From positions 92,471 through 156,470 of the forward strand of contig CAVQNT010000004.1 of NCBI GenBank assembly GCA_963714275.1: a stretch of DNA of 64,000 nt, given 5' to 3'. The DNA comes from Candidatus Bathyarchaeota archaeon. GTDB taxonomy: Archaea; Thermoproteota; Bathyarchaeia; Bathyarchaeales; DTEX01. Every line of letters starts with the position of its first letter. Within the stretch, counting starts at the first letter, position 1. Below are positions 45,546 to 55,894 of the stretch, piece by piece. A program made the translations under genes and the position numbers. The notes under the pieces are model-generated. The model was not told the DNA's origin. It made no database searches and saw only the letters and a list, made by a program, of their open reading frames with translations.

Positions 45546-46490
45546 TCTGTTTTACCTCCGTTCGATTTGGCGACAAGCTTCATGAAAACTTCTTCAAGGT
45601 TCTGTCCCTTCAAACTCATTGAAATGATGACTCCTCCGGAATTTGATATTTCCTGCGAAACTTGGGGTCTAACATCATCGCGTGTCTTTAATTCGATATT
45701 CAATGTGTTGCCATCTTGCGACAGACTGGAGACGAATGGCATCTTCTTCACGGCTTCAACAATCGCATCAGAAATCTTGGCTACCTCTACTTGCAGTGTG
45801 GCTGGTCCTGAAAGCTTATGTGAAACGTTTTGAAGAGTATCTGAAACTAAAGATACTCCATGGTTAATGATGGTAACGTTGCTGCAGATTTGTTCAACCT
45901 CGAACAGGAGATGAGATGAGAGAAAAACTGTCATGCCTTCTTTTGCTACTTCCTTCATTAACTCTCTGACTTCAACCATTCCCACAGGATCTAACCCTAA
46001 GCTCGGTTCGTCTAGTATGACTAACTCGGGTTCATTTAACAATGCCTGCGCGATGCCTATTCGCTGCTGCATGCCCCTTACTGTATTTTCCTATAAGGTC
46101 CCTTTCCCTGCCTTTAAGCCCAACCATTTCTATCAGTTTAGGTATCTGCTCTTTTCTCTCTTGCGCCGTCATCCCATACATTTTTCCATAGATGTCCAGA
46201 AGTTCCCATCCCTTCAAGTATTTTGGAAACTTTGGCAGTTCGGGCATGTAGCCCATTCTTAACCTAACGTCGGGTTTGTCCCCATGGATCTCCTCTCCGA
46301 GAACTTTAACGGTGCCCCCATCTGGAGTTAGCAACCCAACTAAGACTTTTATGGTTGTAGTTTTTCCCGCGCCGTTAGGACCCAGAAAACCATGGATCGT
46401 GTTCCGTTCGACTCTCAAATCAAGATTGTTCACTGCGGTCAGCGAACCGTACTTTTTTGTTAGAGCGCTGGTTTCTATGGCTAGTTCCAT
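45542..46490 (-). CDS. ABC transporter ATP-binding protein (frameshifted)
   Basis: GPNGAGKTT, YSKG, ILDEP, SSH. Confidence 0.9.
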
Positions 46491-46619
46491 CTCGAGAGCC
46501 TCTTTTTGAAGTTATCAACATCATAACCAACGATATAAGTGTAGCTTTGCTAGTCAGTTATGATCCTCATATAGTATGTTTTCTTTGTTTGAATGAAATT
46601 TAAGGGAACTGTGTCTATT

Positions 46620-46677
46620 TAGGGAGAGGGAGTATTATAAAAATTCTTAGTGGGTAGTGAAGGGTTGCGAATACTAG
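46620..46677 (+). repeat. Promoter-like module, copy 2 (58 bp)
   Basis: Near-identical to 34022-34080. Confidence 0.85.
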
Positions 46678-46755
46678 TCAGCTATCATACATCATGCATA
46701 ATTAGTCTTTAGGCTGGAACATATTACAAGAGTAGGAAATTATGGAGACTTCGGA

Positions 46756-47412
46756 TTGTTTTTCCTCGGACATATGGTTTGGGCATACGTTTGGGCTGCG
46801 ATGTTTGCTGGTGAACGCAATGGAAAGCTATTCATTGCCATGATCCTGATGCTGGGAATCGCGCCTGACATCGACCTTCTTCTGCGAAGTTTCGGCGTGA
46901 TACATCATACGTTAACACATTCATTCTTCTTTTGGTTAATCGTGTTTACACCCTTCTTTGCGGTTTTCCGCCAAAAAACAGTTCCATATTTTGTTGCCGT
47001 TGCACAACATTTTGCTTTTGGGGACTTCTTAGTGGGGAACGTCATGATCTTCTGGCCCTTCAGCCCAACATATTTTGGCCTAAACATCGCTATGACCTCT
47101 ATGCTTGATGTTGCCCTTGAAACAGCTGGATTACTGCTGGCTGCTGGAATAAGCTATTATAAAGACGACCTCAGACGGATGCTCTCAATCGATATTCGCA
47201 ATCTTCTAATGTTTCTTCCTTTGTTAGCATTGCTAACATCAATATTATTTTTTGCAGTTGACTGGTCATTCATTCCATTAATTGCATATATTTGGTCCCG
47301 AAAATTACTCACAACCATAATTTTGGGACACATAATTTCAGCTATATTCCTAGCTCTCTCAACTCTACAAGGACTGAGAAGACTATTCAATAATCGCGAA
47401 CAACACGAATAG
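46756..47412 (+). CDS. Membrane metal-dependent hydrolase (YdjM-like)
   Basis: GH, PDID, HHTLTHS, H...D...WP. Confidence 0.85.
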   Translation: MFFLGHMVWAYVWAAMFAGERNGKLFIAMILMLGIAPDIDLLLRSFGVIHHTLTHSFFFWLIVFTPFFAVFRQKTVPYFVAVAQHFAFGDFLVGNVMIFWPFSPTYFGLNIAMTSMLDVALETAGLLLAAGISYYKDDLRRMLSIDIRNLLMFLPLLALLTSILFFAVDWSFIPLIAYIWSRKLLTTIILGHIISAIFLALSTLQGLRRLFNNREQHE

Positions 47413-47457
47413 CTGCCAACACACTTGCACATAATTTGTTTTAGAATGCAGATAAGC

Positions 47458-47994
47458 CTAGCATTTGACGTTTAAAGCCTTTGCTAACTGCCTAAAGTCG
47501 TCGTCACTCATCCATTCAGTCTTGAGGTAGTCACATATTCGCTCTTCGCTTTTTTCCAGTCTCCTCGCTTCTTCAACTGCGTAATGGTAAGCTTCAATCT
47601 CTGTTGGCCGATCAACATACCCATAATTGGCATCGAAAAGCTCAGCCCCTTCCATACGCTGCCGAATGTGAACCAGCTCATGAATTAAATCGAGGTATAT
47701 GTCAAGTCTATCGCCACTATTCAAGTAGCGAGGATTAACCATAAGATGCCCATTGAAAGGATTTACGCCCATGTAGCCACCGAACATGGTGAAATCAACC
47801 CTCAAACCGTTAAGTACTTCGTTCGTTTTTTCACCAAAAATTCGCTTGATGACCTCAATATTTTCAAGACCCCTAAAAAAATCAGAAAAAGGGTAACTTA
47901 ATGATCTAAATAAAAGCAATTTGTCTAGGCGCAACACTCTCAGAAACCGAAAAGCTCTAAACATGATTGCATCGCGCCAGTTGATGGTCCACAT
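47458..47994 (-). CDS. HExxH zincin-like hypothetical protein
   Basis: HELVHIRQ, PTEIEAY. Confidence 0.75.
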   Translation of the reverse strand: MWTINWRDAIMFRAFRFLRVLRLDKLLLFRSLSYPFSDFFRGLENIEVIKRIFGEKTNEVLNGLRVDFTMFGGYMGVNPFNGHLMVNPRYLNSGDRLDIYLDLIHELVHIRQRMEGAELFDANYGYVDRPTEIEAYHYAVEEARRLEKSEERICDYLKTEWMSDDDFRQLAKALNVKC

Positions 47995-48349
47995 CCTCCT
48001 AGATACAAAATATTCATATTGGTATGCTGGACAAAAATATTAAGATTGTTTTTTACCCGCATTTAGCTAGATAGCTAGCCACAGGCTCAATTCCTAAGCC
48101 CATAGATACAGAACATAAATTCGTAGATAACAAGATAAGAGAGTAAAATAAAAGATATCCCAGAAGCATAGAGGAAGATTTTTTATTCATAATTCTCATC
48201 GAAACATATGCACGGAAGCAGCATTTTATTTTTTCCCTAAAAACCACAAACCCTTTCCTATTTTATATTACTCTTTCACCCGTATATCGTATAATGTTTA
48301 TCACACAAGAAACACACGCACACAACACATCTTAAATACAAAAAATATA

Positions 48350-49193
48350 ATGAGGATTGAAGGTAAAGGAGGAACCATGTTCTATGTCATTGAAGAGAAT
48401 AAGGCTATGGTCGAGAGAGCTTTTGATAGTTTTGCTGGGTCCTATGATGATATGATGGGTAAAGCAATGACCTTTTTCACTGATTTGCTTATTCGTGATC
48501 TTCAAATTCCTGAAAATCCAACGGTTCTTGATGTGGGATGTGGAACAGGAATCTCAACCTTCGAACTGATGAAGAGAATTCAGGGAAGAGGCAAGTTTTA
48601 TGGAATCGACATCTCGCAAAAGATGATTGACTTGGCAAGGTCAAGAGCTGCAGGTCTCGGCTACAGTAATGTTGAGTTCAGCAAAGGTGATGCTGAGCGA
48701 CTGGATTTTCCAGAATCCAAGTTTTGACTTGACGGTCAGCAATCAGGCATTCTTATTTCTTCCTAATAAGCAAAAAGCCTTGAACGAAATGTTCAGAGTC
48801 CTTAAGCCTATGGGGCAAACGGCTTTGCTGTTCTTTGGTGAATCGACCCTTAAGGAGATAGAAGAAATATACAATATGATTAGGAATCGACACACTGAGT
48901 ACGACATGCCTGAATCTCAAAAACTCTTATGTCTCGAAGAAACTCATGAGCTTTTTGAAAAAGTTGGGTTCAAAAAAACCAGAATCTTCGCCATCCACCA
49001 GATCGATTACGTTGATCCTTCCAGATACATGCCTAGTGTAGACGCACCTTCATCTTTTTGGAGAATCAGCCTCCCACCAGAGTTAGTAGAGATGGCGAGG
49101 AAGGAAATAAAGGAAGAAATGATAAAAACAAAAACAGGCAAGGGGTTTAAAATGACATACTACAACATAATCGCATATGCTCAGAAACTATGA
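48350..49193 (+). CDS. Class I SAM-dependent methyltransferase (frameshifted)
   Basis: VLDVGCGTG, GDAE, FD, RVLKP. Confidence 0.88.
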
Positions 49194-49387
49194 GTATAAA
49201 AACAGACTTCACGGGCATCCATATTTCTCTTTCATGTCTCGGATACTTCGCAAACAAGAGAGTCTCTTCGTTAATAGCTAAGTTAGCTAATTAGGTTCCT
49301 ATGACAGTCTCATCGGAAAGCTCTACACCTTGCTAGTCATATCATTTTCAGTAAGGTTTTTCTGAATAAGGACATTGTTTATATAAA

Positions 49388-49870
49388 ATGAGTCATATGA
49401 CATTCTGTCATATATGTGGAATGCAGTTGCCGGAAGGCGGAGATGCTAAATTTTGCCCCAATTGCGGCGCACTTTTGGTTCCTCAAGCAGTTCAAGACAA
49501 GGTGATAATAGCCGAATTTCACTACTGGGACTACGGCGAATTCTCCAGAACAGCGATGAAGCCTCGCCCAGAAATCAAGACAGGAGAACTGGAAAAGATA
49601 GCTCGAGAATTCAACGTCAAAGTCGAGGTTAAGAAAGCCACAGCATCATATTTCACCCCTGGCAGAATTGGTATGAGGATCCCAAGCTACAGTAGAATCG
49701 AAATACAAGTCTCAGGAGAACAACCAGACGCCATTAAATCCTGTGTCGGTAGGATTTTCATGCTCTACGGGCAACCTGATGGGGTACCTACAGCACTATC
49801 AGGCAGTAAGAAGGCTGGAAAAAAAATTATAGATGAATTACTTAGAGAGTTCAACGAAAGGAAAAGATAA
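49388..49870 (+). CDS. Zinc-ribbon domain protein
   Basis: FCHICG...AKFCPNCG. Confidence 0.8.
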   Translation: MSHMTFCHICGMQLPEGGDAKFCPNCGALLVPQAVQDKVIIAEFHYWDYGEFSRTAMKPRPEIKTGELEKIAREFNVKVEVKKATASYFTPGRIGMRIPSYSRIEIQVSGEQPDAIKSCVGRIFMLYGQPDGVPTALSGSKKAGKKIIDELLREFNERKR

Positions 49871-49951
49871 TTCAAAGCCCCTATACCTATAAAATTAAAA
49901 AAAGACGATTTTTAGCTGATATCTGATGTTGAATCTTTTTTTCTAAAATTA

Positions 49952-50062
49952 GTTTAAATTTTATTCCCTCCCCCCCACACACCCACTAATTCACTTCTTT
50001 TTTTTATTTATTCTCTCTCCCTCTGAACATATATCGTGTATCACACACATCTAGCTGAGTTA
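49952..50062. repeat. Degenerate core plus C-rich arm
   Basis: GTTTAAATTTTATTC, then CACTAATTCACTTC (also after 51066), CACACACA and CTAGCTGAG. Confidence 0.6.
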
Positions 50063-50461
50063 TCCAAAAAGAAGAAGCAATTTACGAAAATTGGGAAATA
50101 ACACAATTTCCTTTGGGGAATAAAAGTCAACAACCTGTCTGGAGATTCTCCCTTGAGCAAGAAGATTGATGAAAGACTAATTTTATGCAGATAAGCCTAA
50201 ACTAGTCTTCTTCGTCTTCCCAGTCCTCTTCTTCTTCCTCTGTTTCTTCTTCTTCCTCTTTTTCCTCTTCTTCGTCTTCGCTCAAAGTGTTGTCCTCCAA
50301 AATTAGCGCTCTTAGGTAAGACTATAGCGCTATTAATAAACGTGTTGATAGTCAAGCATAGTGAGCTAGGCTTTCTGGATGAGCTGTGCATTTAATATAT
50401 AAAAAAGAGAAAACGAAATAAAATGAATCTTCAGTTTGCTGATAACTAGCGTATACGGTGT

Positions 50462-50647
50462 CTAGTATCTTCTTCTGCCAAAATCTGATCTTGCGGGTCT
50501 TCTCTTGGCAAAGCACTCTCTGCAGTATACTGGTCTTGTGCCGTCGGGTTTGAAGGGAACTTCGCATTCTTTACCGCACTCGGCGCAAACTGCTTTGTGC
50601 ATTTCACGACTTTCCATGTTGTTTTCACTCCTATTTTTTGTTTGCAA
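50462..50647 (-). CDS. CxxC-x17-CxxC domain protein
   Basis: MHKAVCAECGKECEVPFKPDGTRPVYCRECF. Confidence 0.9.
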   Translation of the reverse strand: MQTKNRSENNMESREMHKAVCAECGKECEVPFKPDGTRPVYCRECFAKRRPARSDFGRRRY

Positions 50648-50870
50648 GAATAAAGTCTAATTCTAGAAGCTTTGCTTCCTGCGTAATCTCAGAGAGACGT
50701 TGCCCTCTCTTTTAAATTTATCTATAGTGAGCTTAGCTGGTATGTCCCTATTTTGATTTTACACGCGCTAGACATTTATTCTAAAACTAGATAGTGTAAA
50801 ACCTCAAACTCCTTCTGTCAGTTCTTCGATTCAAAATCCCTTAAATAAAGGTATCAACAAAAACATTCAC

Positions 50871-51014
50871 ATGACCCAACTCTTTGCGAAATGCCCGAAG
50901 TGTGCAACTGAAACAAAAGTGAAAAGAAGTACCCGATGGAGAATGTGCGTAGAAGGAGACTGCGACTCCTGCGGTGTTCACTTCACCACAGCAGCTTTCT
51001 GGCAATCAAAGTAG
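50871..51014 (+). CDS. Small zinc-finger protein
   Basis: MTQLFAKCPKC...CDSCGVHF, 47 aa. Confidence 0.55.
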   Translation: MTQLFAKCPKCATETKVKRSTRWRMCVEGDCDSCGVHFTTAAFWQSK

Positions 51015-51051
51015 CCCCTTTGTTGACCTTTAGCGCGCGCTTGGTTGGTTG

Positions 51052-51167
51052 GATTAAATTTTAGTCCTCCCATACACTAATTCACTTCTCTCTTTTCCAC
51101 ACTTTTGGTTGTCACTACGCTACGCCGTACCGCACAGCGAACGCGCACACAGCGCGCACAAAACTAG
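51052..51167. repeat. Core plus arm
   Basis: GATTAAATTTTAGTC, C-rich arm ending GCGCACAAAACTAG. Confidence 0.7.
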
Positions 51168-51336
51168 CAGACAGGACCAGGCAATCGATGGATCTTAAGG
51201 GTCTATTTCAAATAATTGCACGATCGATCGATCTTCTCAACACCCAATACGAATCAGTTTGCATTATGTAACCGTTCTTCCAATCTGTTCTTGAAAGGAT
51301 GCTAAACTCGGTCAAATTCGTTCCTAAGGTTAATAT

Positions 51337-52395
51337 GTGTGTTCTCTGAATACTTCGAGTTTCAAGGAATCATTCGACATGATACGGGACATCGGAATTG
51401 CATTGAAGTATATGCTTTCACGGTTTTGGACGCACAAACCCATCATTTTAACGCATGCCGTGACAGCGCGATGTAACTGCAGGTGCAAGATATGCAACAT
51501 CTGGAGCAGACCAGTGAACAACAACGAGATGAGTAAACGCGAGATTTTCCGTATGCTAGATGAAGCAAAAGAACTGAACTTTGCCGCCTATCTGGCCTGG
51601 GGGGGAGAGCCACTGATAAGACCAGACATCCTCGAAATCCTCCAGCACGCCCGCGAAAACAAACTCTACACAAGCATAATCACAAATGGAACCTTCCTCG
51701 CTAAGAAAGCCGAAAAAGTGGCAAAACTGGTAGACCTCACTTTGGTTTCTCTTGACCACCATACTGAATATCATGATGAAATGCGCGGCAGAAAAGGAAC
51801 CTTCAACAGCGCCCTGAAAGGCATCATGAAACTGAGAGAAGCCGGAGGAAGAGTCGCAATCAACTGCGTCCTAAGCAAGCTAAACCATGATTCCGCAAAG
51901 AAGATGGTAGAACTAGCCCGCAAAATGAGAGTGAAGATTGCCTTCGATCCGATGGAAGTATTCCCCGGAGGCAACGAACAAATTTCATTATCAGCAGGCG
52001 AACGAGCAAAGGTTTTCTCGGAAATCCGCGAACTCAATAAACAGGGCGGTTTCGTGCTGAACTCCCATGACTATTTAGACCATTTCACAAATCATGCCAG
52101 ATATTCCTGTGCCCAAACCTCAATCTTCCTAGTAGTAACAGAGGATGGAAAAGTCAACCCGTTCTGGTGCAAGAAAACTGATAGTCTCTTAGGCGACCTT
52201 CGAAAGCAAAGCTTAGGCGAAATCGTGAATTCGGATGCCCTTAAACAGTTCGCTGAAATCGCGAAGAACTGTAACCTTTGCATTAACTCGACAACCGTTG
52301 AAACCTCGATGTACTATTCAACAAGACGATTCTTCACGAACTATTACAAATGGAACAACCCATACCTCAAATTCCTCGCAAACTACGCTCTCTAA
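51337..52395 (+). CDS. Radical SAM protein with SPASM/twitch-like C-terminus
   Basis: CNCRCKIC, GGEPL, ITNG, VSLD. Confidence 0.92.
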   Translation: MCSLNTSSFKESFDMIRDIGIALKYMLSRFWTHKPIILTHAVTARCNCRCKICNIWSRPVNNNEMSKREIFRMLDEAKELNFAAYLAWGGEPLIRPDILEILQHARENKLYTSIITNGTFLAKKAEKVAKLVDLTLVSLDHHTEYHDEMRGRKGTFNSALKGIMKLREAGGRVAINCVLSKLNHDSAKKMVELARKMRVKIAFDPMEVFPGGNEQISLSAGERAKVFSEIRELNKQGGFVLNSHDYLDHFTNHARYSCAQTSIFLVVTEDGKVNPFWCKKTDSLLGDLRKQSLGEIVNSDALKQFAEIAKNCNLCINSTTVETSMYYSTRRFFTNYYKWNNPYLKFLANYAL

Positions 52396-52457
52396 ACTGA
52401 TCTTTGCAGGAGTTCACCTCGAACACAAGACACATCCCCGATTTGGACAGGGAAAAA

Positions 52458-53501
52458 ATGAGAAACATCGCCATTGTTGGATGCGGGTTTTCAGGAAGCC
52501 TACTCGCATATATGCTGCCAGAGCTAGGGTATAACGTAGATGTGTACGAACGGCACTCTCATCCGAAAGTTGTGTGCGCAGGAGGAATTCCCACCTCCCT
52601 GCTGAATGAAACAGCCAGAGAATGCGGGTTGGACTCACAGAAGTACGTTAAATGGCACGGAAAACAGTTATTCGTGAAAATAAGCTCCAAAGCATTCGCG
52701 CTGGACATCGACGATTTCTGCACCTTTGATAAACAGAATTTCATCTCGGACATCATCAAAAAATCCAAGGCATATTTCCATTTCAAAAACAGTCCTAGTC
52801 TTCAACAGCTCAGCAAATACGATTTAGTCATCGATGCATCGGGCAACAGGTCAATTCTAGGCAAACTGCCAACAGACAAATTCTATGTCTGTTATCAAGT
52901 AAGAGCCTTTTTCGAAAAACCGCCCTATCCAGATTTTCTGATGGACTTCACGAAGCCAGAGGGTGACCCATGGTATCTTTGGATGTTCCCGCTGTCCAAC
53001 AACGAGTTCTACCTTGGTTGTGGCGCATCCAGAGGCAAACTCGCCAAGTCAGCAGTCCAAAATTTCATCGACGAACACTATGGAGAAATCCTTGAAGAAC
53101 AAGGCAAAATACTGCTGGTAAACTCGCCCCAAAAAAGCATGCCTTTCATAAAGGACAAAGTGGTTGGAGTCGGCAATAACGTGGGAGCCATAACGAGCCT
53201 AGGCGAAGGAAACGCCCTTTCAATAACCACAGTCAAGCTGCTTTTGAACAGTTTGACCGCCCTCAACGAATACCAGAAACAGCTGCTAGAAAAACTGGGC
53301 TGGCTCAAACACGACCACGCCGCCCATACCAACTGGTCAAAGAACGAACTCAAGTTTCTCTATCACACCACGAAGTGTTTCCACCACTACAAAACACAGT
53401 TCAAGATGAGCCCAAAACAGGTAGTAACAAGGGGATTCAAAGCCCGGTTTCAGGCACTTTTCAAAAACACTAGTCAGCTAAAAATTAGTGTAAATGTATA
53501 A
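52458..53501 (+). CDS. Geranylgeranyl reductase-like FAD oxidoreductase
   Basis: IAIVGCGFSG, VIDASG, YLWMFP, GEG. Confidence 0.82.
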   Translation: MRNIAIVGCGFSGSLLAYMLPELGYNVDVYERHSHPKVVCAGGIPTSLLNETARECGLDSQKYVKWHGKQLFVKISSKAFALDIDDFCTFDKQNFISDIIKKSKAYFHFKNSPSLQQLSKYDLVIDASGNRSILGKLPTDKFYVCYQVRAFFEKPPYPDFLMDFTKPEGDPWYLWMFPLSNNEFYLGCGASRGKLAKSAVQNFIDEHYGEILEEQGKILLVNSPQKSMPFIKDKVVGVGNNVGAITSLGEGNALSITTVKLLLNSLTALNEYQKQLLEKLGWLKHDHAAHTNWSKNELKFLYHTTKCFHHYKTQFKMSPKQVVTRGFKARFQALFKNTSQLKISVNV

Positions 53502-53891
53502 AGAAGAAGATATGCTAGCTAGCTAACAGTTTTATTTTTGTGTGATATATATTACTCTCACACAATTGTGCTAGTGAGTTAGTCTTGAGAAGCCAAAAAA
53601 ATATGCGTGCAACCAAATTCGTAAAGCTCTAATAAAAAGGAGCTGAATTAACAAGACCAATATATCTAGATATTATAAAACTTCATATGCCTGTAAAAAA
53701 ACCCTTGAACAGTGAGGAATATCAAAAATGGTTAATTTAACCCCATACCTTCTGGCGCTTTTTTTCGTATTGTCAACATATCTTGTATTCAAGGTTTTCG
53801 TAAAGAAACCAAAAGGGCATAGGTAAGTTCAAAACCACATCTTACATATATGTTGGCTCTTTCTTCAGGCTGTTAACTTAGTAGTGGTTGT

Positions 53892-54020
53892 GTTAAATTT
53901 TAATCCCCCAAACCCAAACGCTCTCTCATCCTCTCTCTCACTATATCAATCAATTAACTAATCAACAGCAATCACAATTAACTAATCAATCACACACACA
54001 AAAAAACACACAAGCACAAG
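53892..54020. repeat. Core plus arm
   Basis: GTTAAATTTTAATC-CCCCAAACCCAAAC...CACACACAAAAAAACACACAAGCAC. Confidence 0.75.
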
Positions 54021-54073
54021 AAAGACGAATATATGGTTACTAATTGGTAACTAGTCAGCTAACATCTCATGGA

Positions 54074-55661
54074 CTAGGCATAGCTATGGACATTGACTTT
54101 GCGTGTTGCGGGTTCGTCTCCGAGGTACACGAATCTGCAGTTGTTTGACTCGTCGCCGTTTAACCGGCGACCCTGAACCCATTTGCCATCCTCAAACCTG
54201 CCCTCGTCAACTGCCAATATTTCAACATGCGGCAATCCACCTTGTTTAGGAGCGAAGGTTAGAGTGAAGCCGGCTCCCGCCACGATGTATTCGTCGTCCG
54301 CTGTTGCTATTACAAGGCCTGCGGCTGGAACCTTGCCCTTCTCAAGCGGCTTGCTGAACCGTACTTGCAGCCGGTAACCGCCTAGTTCACGCTCAAACCC
54401 CCTGAAAGGTCCCAATGATATGCTGAATCCCGGACCGTACGCCGCGTCATCAGCGAAGCCCATCATGCGTCCTGTGCCCTGAAACTTCGTGATAACCGGC
54501 ATCATCTCCGAAAGCAGCCTGTAGCTCTTGGTCAACGGATGAGGCTCCACGATGCCGTCGATGCCGAAAGGCGAGAAACACATAGCATCATGCTGACCTA
54601 CAGCGAAAAACACGTTCGCCGCAGCCCACTCGTCCCTCACAGCCTCAGGAATCATCAACGGGTTACCACCATGCATGTACTCGCGGCAGACCCTCTGAAA
54701 ATCGTCAAGATAGATGTCCGGAGCCAAAAAATCAATGTGAGGAGCCGCGGCATGCCACACATCCATCATGCGCGCAACCGGTCCGCCGCTGGGATACTCG
54801 CCTGGCTTCTGTCCTTCATGCTGAGGACCCAGCCACGCGTTAACGTACATTGGAAGAGGATACTCAGCCTTCCCCGCGGCAGCCACAGCGTCAACGTACC
54901 GTGCGACATGCCAAGCCATGAAAACCTCGTCAGCGCCAACGCCGGCACCGAAGACCTCCGCCCAAGTTCCAGCCTTCCGGTGTCCCGCATCCTCCCAGAA
55001 ACGGCGCATCTCAGGAACAAGCTCATCCAAGTGAGCATCAAGATACTGCAGCAGCTCCGCTGGCACCTGCTGGATGAAACGTTTCTCTGCCAGTGGGCAA
55101 CGGTCACGTGAGGTTCCGGTGAGGCCGGTCTCGTTCTCTATCTGCATCATGAGAACCGTGTGTTCTTTCTCGTCGAACATTCGGATGTGCTGCATGAGAG
55201 CCACGAAGGCCCGAGCGTCAGCCTTACACGCAGGCTTCACTCAGACAGGATATCGCAGCGGTGTTCTCACCCGGCTTGCGTTGGGCACGGTGGAACCTTT
55301 CGAGACTGGTCTTCACCCACGACGGCGCGTATGTGGACTCGGCGTTCTTCCATGTGCCGAACCAGAGGAACACGAGTCGCAGACCGTGCCGGCGGGCTCC
55401 CTTGATGGAGCCGTCAACAAGCTCGAAACTAAATTTTCCCTCTTCAGGCTCAACAAGCTCCCACGAAACGGGCGCGAAAACCGTGTTCAAGCCCAGCGAA
55501 GCCAGCTGCGGCCAGATTGGCTCCATGTAGGCGAGGCTTGAGGAGTCTGAGTTGTGAACCTGACCCCCTAACATGATGAATGGTTGCCCGTCAACAATGA
55601 GTCGAGTAGCCGAGTCCTTCTTACGCAAGTGAGGAACGTTGTCGCTGCTAACCTTCTTCAA
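54074..55661 (-). CDS. GH35-like beta-galactosidase with DUF5597-like C-terminus (frameshifted)
   Basis: LWFGTWKN, MMQIENETG, YVNAWL, YPSGGP, APDIY, RRLNGDE; visibly GC-richer than its flanks. Confidence 0.85.
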
Positions 55662-55894
55662 GCCAACCGCTCTCCAATAAACTAGATTAAGTAAGTTTGG
55701 AATATAAGACTTGGTTGAAATTAGCCCATTTAGAATAGTTCAAGGTCTTTTCTTAGCTAGCTGATAGACTTTTGCGATGTTGGAAAGTATACTTGTTGCC
55801 ACACCTATTGATTTAAGGCGTCCAGAAAAATTCGCTCTGATTACGATTTTGTTTTTTTTTATATCCATTACTGCTAGTTAACTTAATTACTCTC

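Noticed and set aside
50197-50290. CTT-rich tract giving an Arg-rich ORF
   Set aside because: Another frame gives a poly-Glu/Asp tail; low complexity, no assignable function.
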